A program made the position numbers and the translations under genes. A DNA stretch of 64,000 nucleotides from Felis catus (lineage: Eukaryota), in contig NC_058368.1 in NCBI RefSeq assembly GCF_018350175.1, positions 29,142,001-29,206,000 on the forward strand, read 5' to 3'. The notes under the pieces are model-generated. The model worked only from the letters and a program-made list of their open reading frames with translations, did no database searches and was not told the origin of the DNA. Below are positions 25,124 to 38,930 of the stretch, one piece after another. How positions within the stretch are numbered: position 1 is the stretch's first letter; every line of letters starts with the position of its first letter.

Positions 25124-25924
25124 CTGCAATCAAACAAATATAAAATTATTATAAAGAAGAAGGCAAAGTAAAGTAAGTCATATACTTTCTCTCCCTTAAT
25201 GCATGATGAAATTAATAATAATTATAAGAATAAGCAGAAAAAAACCCAGAAAAATGACCAATGTCAACAGAGAGAGGTAGGACTTTATGCCATAAAGTTC
25301 AAAAAGTAGCAGCCGGGAAGAGAAACAACATGCTGGTTTCACAGACTTCTGACCTCTACTTCACTCCGAAGAAACAGTGCTGGGGAAAAGAGGTGAATCA
25401 GTCTAACCCGATGCATTCTCCAGCTCAGAACATAAGGCAGCAGGCCCAGAAAAATCAAAGTCACAGCGTGGTGAACAGATGTCCCTAAATACCACTGCAA
25501 GACTGTCACAAAGACAAGAACTGCCAGGGCTTTGCACTTCCTAAGACTCAACCCCAAATCAGGGAAACCCCAAGTTGAAGGGTATGAAGATACCTTCCTG
25601 ACAAGGTGGAATTAGCCCTGCCATGTGACAAAAGCAGTCACACACAGTCAGCTGAGCTCCATGCCATTCCTCAAGCTACAAAAGAGTAGATAAATAAATA
25701 TCAAGCTCTCAAAATGAATTTTAAAATGGATACAGGTATGAAATCAGGTAGAAAAAGTAGAATGGAGGATTTACCCATACCACAGAAAAAAACAAGTTTT
25801 GTAAACACAGAAATTAACATAAATTAAAACAAATAATAAAGGAAAAAGACAAGCATTTATCTTGTTCTTCTTATATAAACTATATCTCAGGGAAACCAAA
25901 TATTTGATAAAGAAAAGTTCCTAT

Positions 25925-28072
25925 TTTAAAAAATGTTTTAATGTTTATTTTTGAGAAAAAGAGAGAGAGAGAGAGAGAAAAAGAGAGACAGAGCACAAGC
26001 AGGGGGAGAGGCAGAGAGAGAGGGAGACACAGAATCTGAAGCAGGCTCCAGGCTCTGAGCTGTCAGAGCAGAGCCCAACACGGGATTGAACCCACGAACC
26101 ATGATGAGATCATGACCTGAGCCTAAACCAAAGAGTCAGACACTCAACCAACTGAGCCACCCAGGCATTCCTGATAAGGAAAAGTTGTTTATCAGAGAAT
26201 TCTAGCTATTATAAATGCAGAGGGGAAATGATTATAGAATAAAAGGGATTGAGGCAGTGATCCTCAATGACTACTAAAATCATTAGGTAAGAGGAACTTT
26301 TTAACCAGCAGATCAGGCTGTAACATCTGAACCCTGATGAATCTTCACATCACAAAGACAAATAACCAGAATGTCTTCTGCCTCCAGATGTGATACAACA
26401 GGAAGTACAAAGCATCACATAAGAAGTATTCACAAGGAACCTGGATCTAATCAAGCCTGTAAATCTAACTAGAAGTTCACATGAAATCTGGATAGCAAAA
26501 TATATTAAATGATACCAGGAGAAAGCATTCAGCCAAATCCATAATATGGGACATTCCAAAATACAAATGACCTACTACAAATAGTGATTGTAGTTTTTTT
26601 AATGGCAGGTGATTAATTATCAAGATTAAAAAATTATCCGAGACATAACCAAATATAAAGTGTGGACCTTTGCTGGAGCCAGATTCAAATAAGCCATTTA
26701 TGCAGAGACAGTTTTTGAGGAAACTGGGGAAATTTACATTTGGACTGGGTATTAGATATTAGAATATGAGTGTTAATACTATGTGAGATAGCACTGTGGT
26801 TGTATCTTCTGTTTAAGTGTTTTAAACAGAGATGTACACTAAGGTACTGACAGGTGAAACAGTATGTCTGCTTTAAAAATACCCTAGAAATGGGGGGCCT
26901 GGGTGGCTCAGCTGGATAAGCATCTGACTCTTGATTTTGGCTCAGGTCATGATCGCATGGTTCATGAGTTCGAGCCCCACATCAAGCTCTGTGCTGACGG
27001 TATGGAGCCTGCTTAGGATCCTCTCTTTCTCTCTCTCTGCTCCTCCCTAGCTCATGTGTGCACACATGTGTGCTCTTTCTCTCAATAAATAAATGAACAT
27101 TAAAAAAAATACCCCAGAGAAAAAACTAGACAGGAGATAACTTTACATAAGACTGGCAAAATACTGGTAATAGAGGCTGGGGGAAGGGGACACAAGGGTT
27201 CATAATTCTGTTTATTTCTGTTTCTGTTATTTCATTATGAAATTTATTTCAAACAAAAACAAAAGAGCAATAACATGTAAAAGATATATGAAGAACTCAG
27301 ACTAAAGTTACCATCTGCATGACTGAAAGCATTCTAGGGTGTTTTCTAAACTAAGATTCCTTGAATTACACATGTCCCTACAAAGAGAGAAAGAACCAAA
27401 TCATTCAGAATTAAAAAAAATTTTTTTTTAATGTTTATTTACTTTTGGAGAGAAACAGAGCATAAGTGGGGTGGGGGCAGGGGGAGCACAGAGAAAGGGA
27501 GACAGAATCCGAAGCAGGCTCCAGGCTCTGAGCTATCAGCACAGAGCCCAACGCGGGACTCAAACTCACGAAATGGGAAATCATGACCTGAGCTGAAGTC
27601 TGATGCTTAACCGACTGAGCCACCCGGGTGCTCCTAAATCATACAGAATTCAAAGTAATGAACTAGTAGAAAGAAGAGAGAAGTAGGAATTTGGGAAAAA
27701 TAGGTTTCAGTGTAAACTAACTATATGACCTTAAACAAGCCACTTAACCTCTGAAACACTTACTCTTGTTAAAACAGAGTTAGCTCCCACCTCACAAGAT
27801 TGTGGAAAATTTAAGTAAGATTGAAAGTGATCTTCTCAAGGGGCACTGGGGTGGCTCAGTTGGTTGAGCGTCTCTTGACTTCAGCTTAGGTCATGATCGC
27901 AGGTTTGTGGGATCAAGCCCTGCCTCAGGCTCCTCCCTGAACATGGAGCCTGCTTAAGATTCTTCCTCTCTCCCTCTCCCTGCCTCCCTCTCTCTCTCTC
28001 CCTCTCCCCTCCCCTCTGCCTCTCTCCCCAACTTGTGTACTCTCTCTTTCTCAAAAAAATAAATAAATAAAA
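25925..28072. mobile_element. Four Can-SINEs in alternating orientation: ~25925-26171(-), 26892-27110(+), 27420-27634(-), 27840-28072(+), among old L1 3' UTR pieces
   Basis: Each copy has a head, CT body and tail. Confidence 0.85.
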
Positions 28073-28230
28073 GAAAGTGCTCTTTTCATTTATTAATTCA
28101 AAAACAAAAACTATTTAGTAAATAGGTATCGTGTAGCACATACATAAAATATAAGTTAGTTTTACTGTAAATGATTAAAAATGGATTGAAATGAGTATTC
28201 AAATTCCAGTTTAATCTAATTTAAACTTAC

Positions 28231-28303
28231 CATAAGGGCTAAAAAAGTCACACGTTTTAAGAGAGGCTTCATAATTCGTAACAAGCTCCTGGATTATAGA
28301 AAT
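28231..28303 (-). CDS. NAA16: NAA16 exon 10 (73 nt): ISIIQELVTNYEASLKTCDFFSPY
   Basis: Manual translation; TAACAG / GTAAGT. Confidence 0.93.
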
Positions 28304-29247
28304 CTGTTAAAGAAACATAGTTTTAAATTTTAAAAATATATTATTGAAGGTTATTTATATTTACTGTGGAGTATATTAAATTTGGAAACAATGTGAAGGT
28401 TATTTCAGGACTATAAATTAACTATTAGTATGTCTATTTCCCCCTTCCCCCCCCCCCCACCCCATTGTGTGAGGGGAAAGCAAGAAAAACACAGAAAATA
28501 TACTGCTCTTTATTAATAGTAAAACAGCATCTCAGTCCTCAATCTCCCATCTCAGTAAGTAGCTTTGAGTTTTCAAAGGACAAATCATAACTAATTACTA
28601 CAAAACCTTTTATTTTTTCCAACAGTTTGCCTTTTGCTTCTCATGGTTATATTGTGAAGTTGTAAACCATTACATATTCGGATTTTCTAAAGCCACTCAT
28701 AACAAAAAACTCAAGTGCAGTGACCCAAATGACACAGTGAATTGATGGAAAAGGTGAAGTAAACTCCTAAGCAGATGTTTAAACCCCCTTAATTTTTAGT
28801 GATCATTTTAATAAAGAGTTACATTTCAACACTCCCCTCAAGTAAGGACATTAACCACACTGTTAATGTGCTATGCCCTGAAAGAGGCAAACTAAAAGTG
28901 ACATGAATTAGAAGTGGCAAAAGAAAAAAAAAACAGCTTTTATGTATAACTGATTTTAAATGCCTATTGATGTTAACTGTTCAGAATAAGTTGGAAAAAT
29001 ATAACTATCTTACTTGTGAAGTTCAAAAAAAGTAATGATTTAAAAGTGAAGGGAACCCATTAAAACGCTTAATAGTATCTGACAAATATGGTATTATTTT
29101 AATTGCGATAATTTTTTAAGTTTTCTAGTTTTAAAACATGGGATGCTGCTAATACCACCAGACAAAGGGAACATACCAGACAAGGGAACAACAGTAAGAA
29201 GCCACGAACTGTCACAAGCACTTTACATGTATTAAAGTAATAATTAT

Positions 29248-29887
29248 AGGGGCGCCTGGGTGGCTCAGTTGGTTGAGCATCCGACTTCAGCTCAGGTCAT
29301 GATCTCATAGCTCATGAGTTCGAGCACTGCATTGGGCTCACTGCTGACAGCTCAGAGCCTGGACCCTGCTTCAGATTCTGTGTCTCCCTTTCTCTCTGCC
29401 CCTCCCCCCGCTCATGTTCCGTTTCTCTCTCAAAAATAAACATTAAAAAAAATTACAAGTAATAATTACAGTCAACCCTACATGGCACTGTTTTAGGTAC
29501 TTTACTTATATTAACTCACTTGTCCTCCAAACAACCCTATGATAGTATATACTATTATTAACTTGAACTTATAGGCAAAAGGAAAATAAAAATAAGCTCA
29601 AAGTATACAACAGTGGAGCCAAAATTTAACCCAAGTAATAAGGCTCCAGAATTTAGCTTCTGACTACTTGCTGTATCAATCAGTGGATGGGACGTGGCAC
29701 ATTTATAACTAAATGGCAATTCTCTCAGATTCACAGGGGATGCATTAAGACTAGAGACTAATAATAACAGGGCAAGAAACTTTCCCCAATCAGTTTTAGT
29801 GCTCAAAACACCAAATGGTGCATATTAAATCAGCCAGAGCATGGAAAACATACTAAGTGCATCAAAATTAGAAAGGGGGTAAGCTTT

Positions 29888-29935
<48 letters not shown>

Positions 29936-30300
29936 GGGACAACAGGAAGGGGAAAATATACAAGAGAGAAAAAAAGTAAGAGAAGGTTTAGGAGGGACAA
30001 GCTTAGTACACTCTGATGTGGCATTAAGGCACATATCTACAAATACACATTTCCAAATTGAGTGCCCAAAGAATGTTATTTTTTTTTATTTTAATATTTA
30101 TTTTTGAGAGAGAGACAGAGACAGTGAGACAGAGCAGGAGTGAGGAGGGACAGAGAGAGACACACACAGAATTGGAAGCAGGCTCCAGGCTCTGAGCTGT
30201 CAGCACAGAGCCTGATGTGGGACTTGAACTCACGAGCTGTGAGGTCATGACCTGAGCTGAAGTCAGATGCTTAACTGACTAAGCCATCCAGGTGCCCCCC
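29248..30300. mobile_element. Convergent Can-SINE pair 29248-29452(+) and 30078-30300(-) around a (CA)n tract at ~29890-29933
   Basis: Read directly. Confidence 0.85.
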
Positions 30301-31438
30301 AAAGAATGTTATTAATAAGTTCTTGAAATTGAAAGAAGTTCTGTTCTGTCTGATCTGGGAGTGGGGTAGGGTGTGTTTCAGAGGGACAAGCCAGCCAATC
30401 AGTCTCTCTGGGAAGTCCTAACTACCTACTTTCAGGGCCCTGTATGTATTATGATCTCTAACATCAAATGTTGTTAGTAAGTCTGTTATGTTAGTAAATA
30501 AACCATGATCTCTTTTTTCAAGTTTGTAAACATCTAGGACAATCTAAAAATGTGAAAATATAAAATTAACAAGTGACTGCATCCATTTATGAATCCTTAG
30601 CATATCTACAAAAAAAATGAAAAAGGCTTAGTGAAATTTCACATGACTGTTAGCAGCCTTGGTAGGCAAAAAGTGAGAATCTCTACTTAAAACAATTAGC
30701 GGTTTTCCTACCCAAATTCATTGATCTACCTACTATTAAAATAAGATCTGAAATCTTACTATTTCATAAAAATTGAAACTGTCTTAGACATTTTTATTTT
30801 CAGAAAGACAATTATATTCCTTTTCTTTCCCTAGACCTCTTTATAAACTAACCAAAATTCACTATATTTCTAGTGCCACTGGAGAGCAGACCATGTATCA
30901 AAAATTCCTAAACAGATTTTGATATGTATAGCTACAAAAGAAATCTCTTCACACATTCAATGTAACATAAGATAGTATGCTTTAATCATATTAATTCTGA
31001 ATCCAAATTAGAACCCCACCCCACAGAGTCACAGTCATAGTATCCATGAAGTCATGGACCATTTTTACTGGCATCAGTAAAAAAAACAAAAACAAAAACA
31101 AAAACAAAAACAAAAAAAAGACCAAATTAAAACACTTCTAAATGAGATAGCATCATATGGCATAATTCTCTAAGATAGAAGGCAACAGGGAAATAGGTGA
31201 AATTATACATTCATAGTGGGGAAAAATATGTAAGTAACAAAAAAAGAGAGAACATGAAAAGAATTTACACACATTATGACTTCACTAAAACATGTATGTA
31301 TAGACACATACTCAGCAAAAATGTGACCAAATGGTTTAGGGTAACAGAATACAGGTACATTCTTTTGAAACACAATAATCATGCTGTTTTGTATTAATAA
31401 GGCTTTTAAATGAAGATTGTTTAAAAAGAGTAGTACTT

Positions 31439-32470
31439 GGAGTGTCTGGGTGGTTCAGTTGTTTAAGCATCCAACTCTTGATCTCAGCTCAGGTCATGAT
31501 CTCACGGTTTGTGAGATCAAGCCCCATGTGAGGCTGTGTGCGGACAGCACAGAGCCTAATTGGGAGTCTCTCTTGCCCTCTCTCTGCTCCTCCTCCACTC
31601 ATGTGTGTGCTCTGTCTCTGTCTCTGTCTCTCTCTCTAAGTAAATAAGTAAACTTAAAAAAAAAAAATAAAAAGAGTAGTCTTTAAAATATGAATAGGCA
31701 TACAACTAAGAAAGAAACTGAGTCAGCAATTAAAAATCTACCAACAAAGAAAAGCTCTAGACTCAGTGGCCTTACTGGCTTTACTCCCTCTCTCTGCCCC
31801 TCCCTGCTCAAGCTCTGTCTCTCGTCTCTCTCTCTCAAAAATACATATTAAAAATAAATAAATAAATAAAATGGAAAGCCGTACGGTTAGTTCCTCAAAA
31901 AAATTATAAACAGAATCACCAAGTGATCCAGCAATTCCACTTCTGGATATATACCCAAAAGAAGTTAAAGCAGGGTCTTGAAGAGATATTTGTACACCCA
32001 TGTTCATAGCAGCATTATTCACAACAGCCAAAATGTAAAAGCAGCCTAAATGTCCATGGACAGATGAAGGGATAAACAAAATGTGGTACATACATACAAT
32101 GAAATATTATTCAGCCTTAAAAAGGAATGCAATTCTACAATATGCTACAACATAGATGAATCTGGACCAGAGCACGCTATGCTAAGTGAAATATGTCAGT
32201 CACAAAAAGACAAATGCTAGGATTCCACTTATATGAGGTACTTAGACTTATAAAAATCATAGCAACAGAAAATATAATGGTGGTTGCCAGGTGCTGAGAG
32301 AAAGAGGACATGGGAAGTTATTATTTAAATGAGAGTACAGAGTTCTAGAAGATGAAAAGAGTTCTGGGGATGCATGGTGATGATGGTTGCACAACAACGT
32401 GAATGTATTCAATATCAAAGAACTGTACACTTAAAAATGATTAAGATGGTAAATTTTGTTTTACTACAAT
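31439..32470 (+). mobile_element. Can-SINE (31439-31672), short L1 ORF2 piece, SINE 3' half and L1M 3' end (~31870-32470)
   Basis: L1 motifs ccagcaattccacttctgg, tattcacaacagccaaa and gattccacttatatgaggta. Confidence 0.8.
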
Positions 32471-32484
32471 GAACAAACAAACAC

Positions 32485-32660
32485 GTGGTTCTTAAAGTGT
32501 GGTCCTGAGATAATTTGCATCATTAATGTTAGCATCAGCATCACCTGGTAATTTGTTAAGAGATGCAAATTTTGGTACCAAACCCCAGATTTACCGAATC
32601 AGAAACTCTGAGCGGAACAATCTATTTTTAGCAAGCTGCCTTGTTAATTCTTGTGAACTG
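32485..32660 (+). mobile_element. MER5A-like hAT-Charlie relic
   Basis: gtggttcttaaagtgtggtcc...agcatcagcatcacctgg...gaatcagaaactctg. Confidence 0.65.
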
Positions 32661-33447
32661 ATAAAAAAAAGTTACTAAAACAAAAACAAAGACAAACAAA
32701 ATAACCACCTATTATTACAAGACAAAATGAAAGGTAATAGACATTTTTAACCCACCATGACCAAAACTGCCCCATCAATCTCACTTAGAATATCTGTAAC
32801 TTTACAACTTTCCAGGCTTAGAATTCAGTATTCAAGTTGTTGAATTTATGGAGGCAAGTATTTTTTCATGAACTTACACTGCCATCTACTGGTATTTGCA
32901 AAAACTGCAGCTAGGGCAGGTTTTAGGTAAAGGTGTATTTTTGAATTTTTAGAGTGAAACATTTGTTTTAATAATTTAAAAAGTATAACAAAACACATAC
33001 TAAAGTTACATATAATTCTTAATAAAGGAGTATAAGAACTACTGAATGAAACAGATCTCCAGCTTCAGGACTTCACAATAAATGTGATTAAAGAAAAAAA
33101 ATCAAGATAATAGAAAGTCCACATTAAATCTCCTAAATAAATTAAATTTAAAAAAAGTGTGGCTAACACCAGCAATCCTAGTTCATTAGTCATGTTTCTT
33201 CAATCCAAAATATGCGTATTATAATCATCAAGTTAGTAATTAAGTGAACAATTCAATTTTCCAAATTTGTCTATGAAAGGTAGTCTAAGGAATTTTATTC
33301 AGATAGAAGGATCCATTTTATTTCAAGTTTACTTACCATTTATATCTCGATGAGAAAATATACTCAACTCCTTTCACATAAAACTCAATATGTAATGGCT
33401 CTTTTTCTTGAAAACAGTATTTTACCACTGTCATTTAAAATCAAGAC

Positions 33448-34082
33448 GGGGCATCTGGGTGGCTCAGATGGTTAAGCGTCTGACTCCGGCTCAGGTCATG
33501 ATCTTACAGTTTGTGGGTTCGAGCCCCACATCGGGCTCTGTGCTGACAGCTCAGAGCCTGGTGCCTGTTTTGGATTCTGTGTCTCCCTCTCTCTCTGTGC
33601 CTACCGCATTCATGCTCTGTCTCTCTCAAAAATAAATAAACATTAAAATCAAGAAATCCAGGGGCACCTGGGTGGCTCAGTTGGTTGAGCATCTGACTTC
33701 AGCTCAGGTCATGATCTCACGGTTGGTGAGTTCGAGCACCATGTCGGGCTCTGTGCTGACAGCTCAGGGCCTTGTGCCTGCTTTGGATTCTATGTCTCCC
33801 TCTCTCTCTGCCCCTGCCCCACTGGTGCTCGGTCTCTCGCTCTCTCTCAAAAATAAACACTAAAAAAAGAAAATTAAAAAAAAGAAAAGAAATACTGGGG
33901 CACTTGGGTGGCTCAGTTGGGTAAGCATCCAACTCCTGATCTCGACTCAAGTCAGATCTCACAGTTTGTGAGATCAAGCCCCACATCAGGCTCCAGGCTG
34001 GAGCTCCATGTTTGGGATTCTCTCTCTCCGCTCTCTCTATCCCACCTCCCTGCTCACGGGCTCTGTCTCTTAAAATAAATAC
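33448..34082 (+). mobile_element. Three head-to-tail Can-SINEs (33448-33647, 33661-33890, 33897-34082)
   Basis: Three successive heads and tails. Confidence 0.88.
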
Positions 34083-34763
34083 ACGTTTGATCAAGAAATC
34101 TAATCCACTTCAGTTAGATATCTAAGATCACAGTAAAAATTTAAAATCCTTAAAATGGACATCTTAAATTATAAAGCCAAAATTTTTATGAACCAAAAAA
34201 ATTTCCAAGTTTAACCACCATCTCTTGATTTAAATATCTGATCAGGATTGAAGCAGCTTTATTTTGCTAATAAAATCTAACCTGAGCAAATACTGTGACT
34301 ACTATAATTTCCTAAAGTATGTCCCTTGACTCACTTTTCTTATGTGCAAGTTAAAAGAATTTTATTAACCTCACTTAAGGACAAAGTTCTAAAATACCAT
34401 ATCCAATACACGATTTTACGCAATACAGATTTTTCGCATATAGATATAAATCACATGGTTAAAATGTTATTGCAACACAAAAGCTACTGAAACTTTTTGA
34501 TTTTTACCCAAATTAAAAAACTAAGCACAGTAGTTTATCAACAAGGACCAAAACTGCTAGATTAATTTCCAATAAATGTGTAATTGTAGTGACAATTTTG
34601 GTTTTGAAGGAGTTAGTCACAGAGATAAGTTGTCCAAGAACTATGACATCGAAACAAAATTAAGTAATTTCCTGCAGAGATGAGGCATAAGGGATGGAGT
34701 GGTAACGGAATGATAGTTCTGGAACATCTCTGAATCAACAAGCACTTTACAAATGTTATCATT

Positions 34764-35008
34764 TGGGGTGCCTGGGTGGCTCAGTCGGTTAAGCATCCAA
34801 CTCTTGGTTTTGGCTCAGGTCATGATCTCATGGTTTGTGAGTTTGAACCCCACATTGGGCTCCGTGCTGACAGTGCAGAGCCTGCTTGGGATTCTCTCTC
34901 CCCCTCTCTGCCCCTCCCCCCACTTGCTCTCTGTCTCTCTCTCCCTCTCTCTCTCTCTCTGTCTCTCTCTCTCTCTCAAAAATAAATAAATAAACCTAAA
35001 GAAAAAAA
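34764..35008 (+). mobile_element. Can-SINE with TSD tacaaatgttatcattt
   Basis: TSD present on both flanks. Confidence 0.9.
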
Positions 35009-35374
35009 GATAACTACAAATGTTATCATTTAATGAAAACACACGTTTAAGTTTTATTTTTAAGTGTTTTATAAAAAATATATTAGCACAAGCCCATGAT
35101 TTTTACAAAAACAAAAAAGTAACCAAATTTAGTGAAAATATGAAGTAAATAACACTACTGGTTTACCTAAATTTGGCAAAAATCATGAGGGAGATTAATA
35201 AATGAATGTCAGCAGACATTATACTATACTGTGACGCCTTCCTAGGTAGGAAAAACACTTGCTTTTATTTTCCTCTCCCCAAGCTTAAAACTCTTTTTAA
35301 ACAAACAAAAAACGAATTCATGCACATAATTACAATTATCATTAACTGTTCATCAGAGTGTCTCAAAAATACTG

Positions 35375-35705
35375 GCTGCTTCAGCTTCTGTGTCTCCCTC
35401 TCTCTCTGCCCCTCCCCCACTCGTGCTCTCTCTGTCTCTCTCAAGAATAAATTAAAAAAATTTTTTTAAAAAGACGGAAGTATATTGGGGCGCCTGGGTG
35501 GCGCAGTCGGTTAAGCGTCCGACTTCAGCCAGGTCACGATCTCGCGGTCCGTGAGTTCGAGCCCCGCGTCGGGCTCTGGGCTGATGGCTCAGAGCCTGGA
35601 GCCTGTTTCCGATTCTGTGTCTCCCTCTCTCTCTGCCCCTCGCCCGTTCATGCTCTGTCTCTCTCTCTGTCCCAAAAATAAATAAACGTTGAAAAAAAAA
35701 ATTTT
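35375..35705 (+). mobile_element. 5'-truncated SINE followed by a very young Can-SINE (35487-35705)
   Basis: CpGs intact; TSD aaaaagacggaagtata on both flanks. Confidence 0.9.
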
Positions 35706-35724
35706 TAAAAAGACGGAAGTATAG

Positions 35725-38700
35725 AACACTAAGAACATGTTAGAAAAAAGACACTGGAAAAAGGCAAGCAAAATAAACTTAAACGGAAGTAAATAAATAA
35801 AAAAGATCAGAGTGAAAATTAATGAAATGGGGGTGGGGAGTAGTCAACAAACCCCAAACTTGGCTGTCTGAAAAGATCAAGAAAATTGGCAAACCTGTGG
35901 TGGATTGACCAAGAAAAGAAAAAAAAAATTTGAATTATTAAAATTAAAAATGAAAGAGGAGACATTACTAGTGACTTTACAGAAATAAAATGATTATAAA
36001 GGAATACAATGAACAACTGTATGCCAATACGGGATAACTTAGAAGAAATGGACAAATTTCTAGAGACACAAATTTCAAAAACCATGTCAAGAAGAAACAG
36101 AAAATATAAATAAACCAATAACAAGTAAAGAGTTCTAATAGTTAATCAAAAACTGCCCACAAAGAAAAATCCAGGTCCAGATGGCTTCACTGGTAAATTC
36201 CACCAAATAATTAATAACAATACCAATGTTTTACAAACTTTAAAAAAAAAAAAAAAGAGGAGGAGAAGAAGAGAAGGAAACACTTCTCAACTCCTTATAA
36301 GGCCTTCACTACCCTGACACCAAAACCAGCAAAAACCTCACAAGAAAACTACAGACCAGTAGGAAGAGACAAACAAAAATCCTCAATAAAATGTTAGCAA
36401 ACTGAACCCAGCAATATATAAAAAGAATTCTACACCATGACCAAGTGGGTTTTATCCCAGCAATGCAAGGTTGCTTTAACATCTGAAAATTAATTCATGT
36501 AATACATCATAGCAAGAGTATTTAAAAAAAACCCACATAATTATCTCAATAGACACAGAAGAAACATTTGACAAAATCCAACACATGTTCACCTTAAAAA
36601 TGCTCAGTGTCCTAGGAATGGAAGGGAACTTCTTCAACATCACAAAGGGCATATATAAAAAATTCATGGTTAACCCAACACTTAATGGACAAAGACTAGA
36701 TGCTTTCTCCTAACATCAGGAACAAGACAAAGATATCCACTCTACTCACTTTTCTTCAACATTGTACTGGAGATTCTAGTCAGGGCAATTAGTGAAGAAA
36801 ATGAAATTAAAAGGATACAAAAAGGAAATGAAGAAATAAAACTTTCTATTTGCAGATGACATGATCTGCAAATCAGAAAATTTGCAAATAATTTGCAAAT
36901 TAATAACAATACCAATGTTAGAAAATCTGCAAATTTAGAAAAATCTGGAAAATCCTAAGAAATCCATTACACCAACTATCAACAATAAATAATAAATAAG
37001 TTCAGCAAGGCCACAGAATCAATATACAAAAACCAACTGTATTTTATACACTAGCAATAACAAAATGAAAATAAAATTAAGAAAATAATTCCACTAGAAT
37101 AGTATTAAAAGGAATAAAGTACTTAGGAGTAAATTTCACAAAAGATGTACAAGATGTATGCTAAAACCTACAAAATATCGTTGAAAGAAATTAAAGAAGA
37201 TATGTCTAGATGCAAAGACATCCAAAGTTCATAGACTGAAAAACTTAGTATTGTTAAAATAAAGTGATCTACAGATACAAAGCAATGCCTGTAAAATTCC
37301 AGCTGGCTTCTTGCAGAAACTGAAAGGCTAATTCTAAAATTCAAATTGAAAAAAAAGGAATCCTGAATGGTCAAAAGAATCTTGAAAAAAGAACAAGCTG
37401 AAAGATTCACACTTCCTAATTTCAACTTACCCCAAAGCTACAGTAATCAAGACTGTGTGGTACTATAGCATAAGGACAAATATATAGATCAGTGAGTCCA
37501 AAGATGAACCTTCTTTATGGTCCATTTATTTTCAACAAAACTGGCAAGACCTTTCACTGGGTAAAGAACAGTCTCTTCAACAAATGGTTCTGGGAAACTG
37601 GATAGTCACATGCAAAAGCTGGATTCCTGCCTCACATCATATATAAAAATGAACTCAAAATGTATCAAAGACCTCAGTATAAGAACTAAAAATATAAAAT
37701 CTTATTAAATATGTATAAATCTTCATTACGCTAGATTTGAAATGGTTTCTTGGATATGGCACAAAAGCTCAAGCAGTAAAAGGAAAAAACCATAAAATGG
37801 ACTTTAAAAACTTTTGTCATCAAAGGACACTTTAAAGAAAGTGAAAAGATAACCCACAGAAGGGTAGAAAGTATTTCCAAATCACATATCTGATAAGGGA
37901 CATGTATCTAGAATATACAAAGAACACTTCCAACTCAAGAATAAAAAGACAACTCAAAGAGTCTGAATGGACTTTCTCCAAAGAAGATTTACAAATGGCA
38001 AATAAGCACATGAAAAGACAGTCAACATCATCAGTCATCGGGGAATTGCAAACTGAAACCATGAGACAGCACTTCACACCCACTAGGCTGGCATAATCAA
38101 ATGCCAAATAATAGCAAGTGGATTATTGGTGAGGATATATAGGAATCAGAATCCTCATACACTGCTTGTGAGAATATAAAAAGGTACAGTCACTTTGGAA
38201 AACAATCTGGCAGTCTTTTTAAAAAACACAGACTTGCCATTTGAAGCAGCAATTCCATTCCTGGGTATACACACCCAAGAGAAATTAAAATGTATATGGA
38301 AAACTGGCACACAAGTGTTCACAGCAGCATTAGTCATAATAACTAAAAGGCAGAAACAACCCAAGTGTCCCTCAACTGCTAAAATGTGGCACAGCCATAC
38401 AATGGGATGTTATTTGGTGATACAGGGAATGAAGTAGTCATCCACGCTACCACATGGATGAAAACATTATGCTAAGTAAAACACACTACAGAACAAAAGG
38501 TCACAAACTGTATGATTCCATTTGTGTGCAATGCCCAGAATAGGCAAATCCTCGGAAAGAAAGTAGACTAGTGGTTGCCTAATGTTGCGGGGGTGGGGAA
38601 AGGATTTCTTTTTGGGGTAATGAAAATTTTCTAAAATTACAATGGTAATGGTTGCAAAACTCTGAATATATTAAAAATCACTGAACTGTATACTTCAAGT

Positions 38701-38745
38701 AGGTAAATTTTATGATATGTGATTTATATCTCAATAAAGCTGTTA
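35725..38745 (+). mobile_element. Old ~3 kb L1 (L1MB-like): degraded ORF2 plus 3' UTR, antisense to NAA16
   Basis: RT remnants tttgcagatgacatg (FADDM) and atctcaatagacacagaa; ends tatctcaataaagctgtt. Confidence 0.88.
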
Positions 38746-38759
38746 ACAATAACAAAAAT

Positions 38760-38930
38760 ACTGGGGGGGAAGCAACCGGTATCTAGTTGGCAGAGGCCCG
38801 GGACACTGCTAAATATCCTATAATGCAAAGGACAGCCCCTTATAACAAATTATCTAGCCCAACAGGTCAATAACAGAATACTTCATTGTGGGGAGCTGTC
38901 CTGTTGATCCCTGGCTGCTACCCATTAGAT
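38760..38930. mobile_element. MER20-like relic
   Basis: gaggcccgggacactgctaaatatcctataatgcaaaggacagcccc. Confidence 0.55.

Noticed and set aside
33337..33406. Possible 70-nt cryptic exon ending at a strong ATG|GTAAGT donor
   Set aside because: The upstream acceptor has a poor pyrimidine tract, and such donors occur by chance in long introns.
35819..38437. Cluster of ORFs suggesting a reverse transcriptase gene
   Set aside because: Decayed L1 ORF2 with many stops and frameshifts; not an intact element.
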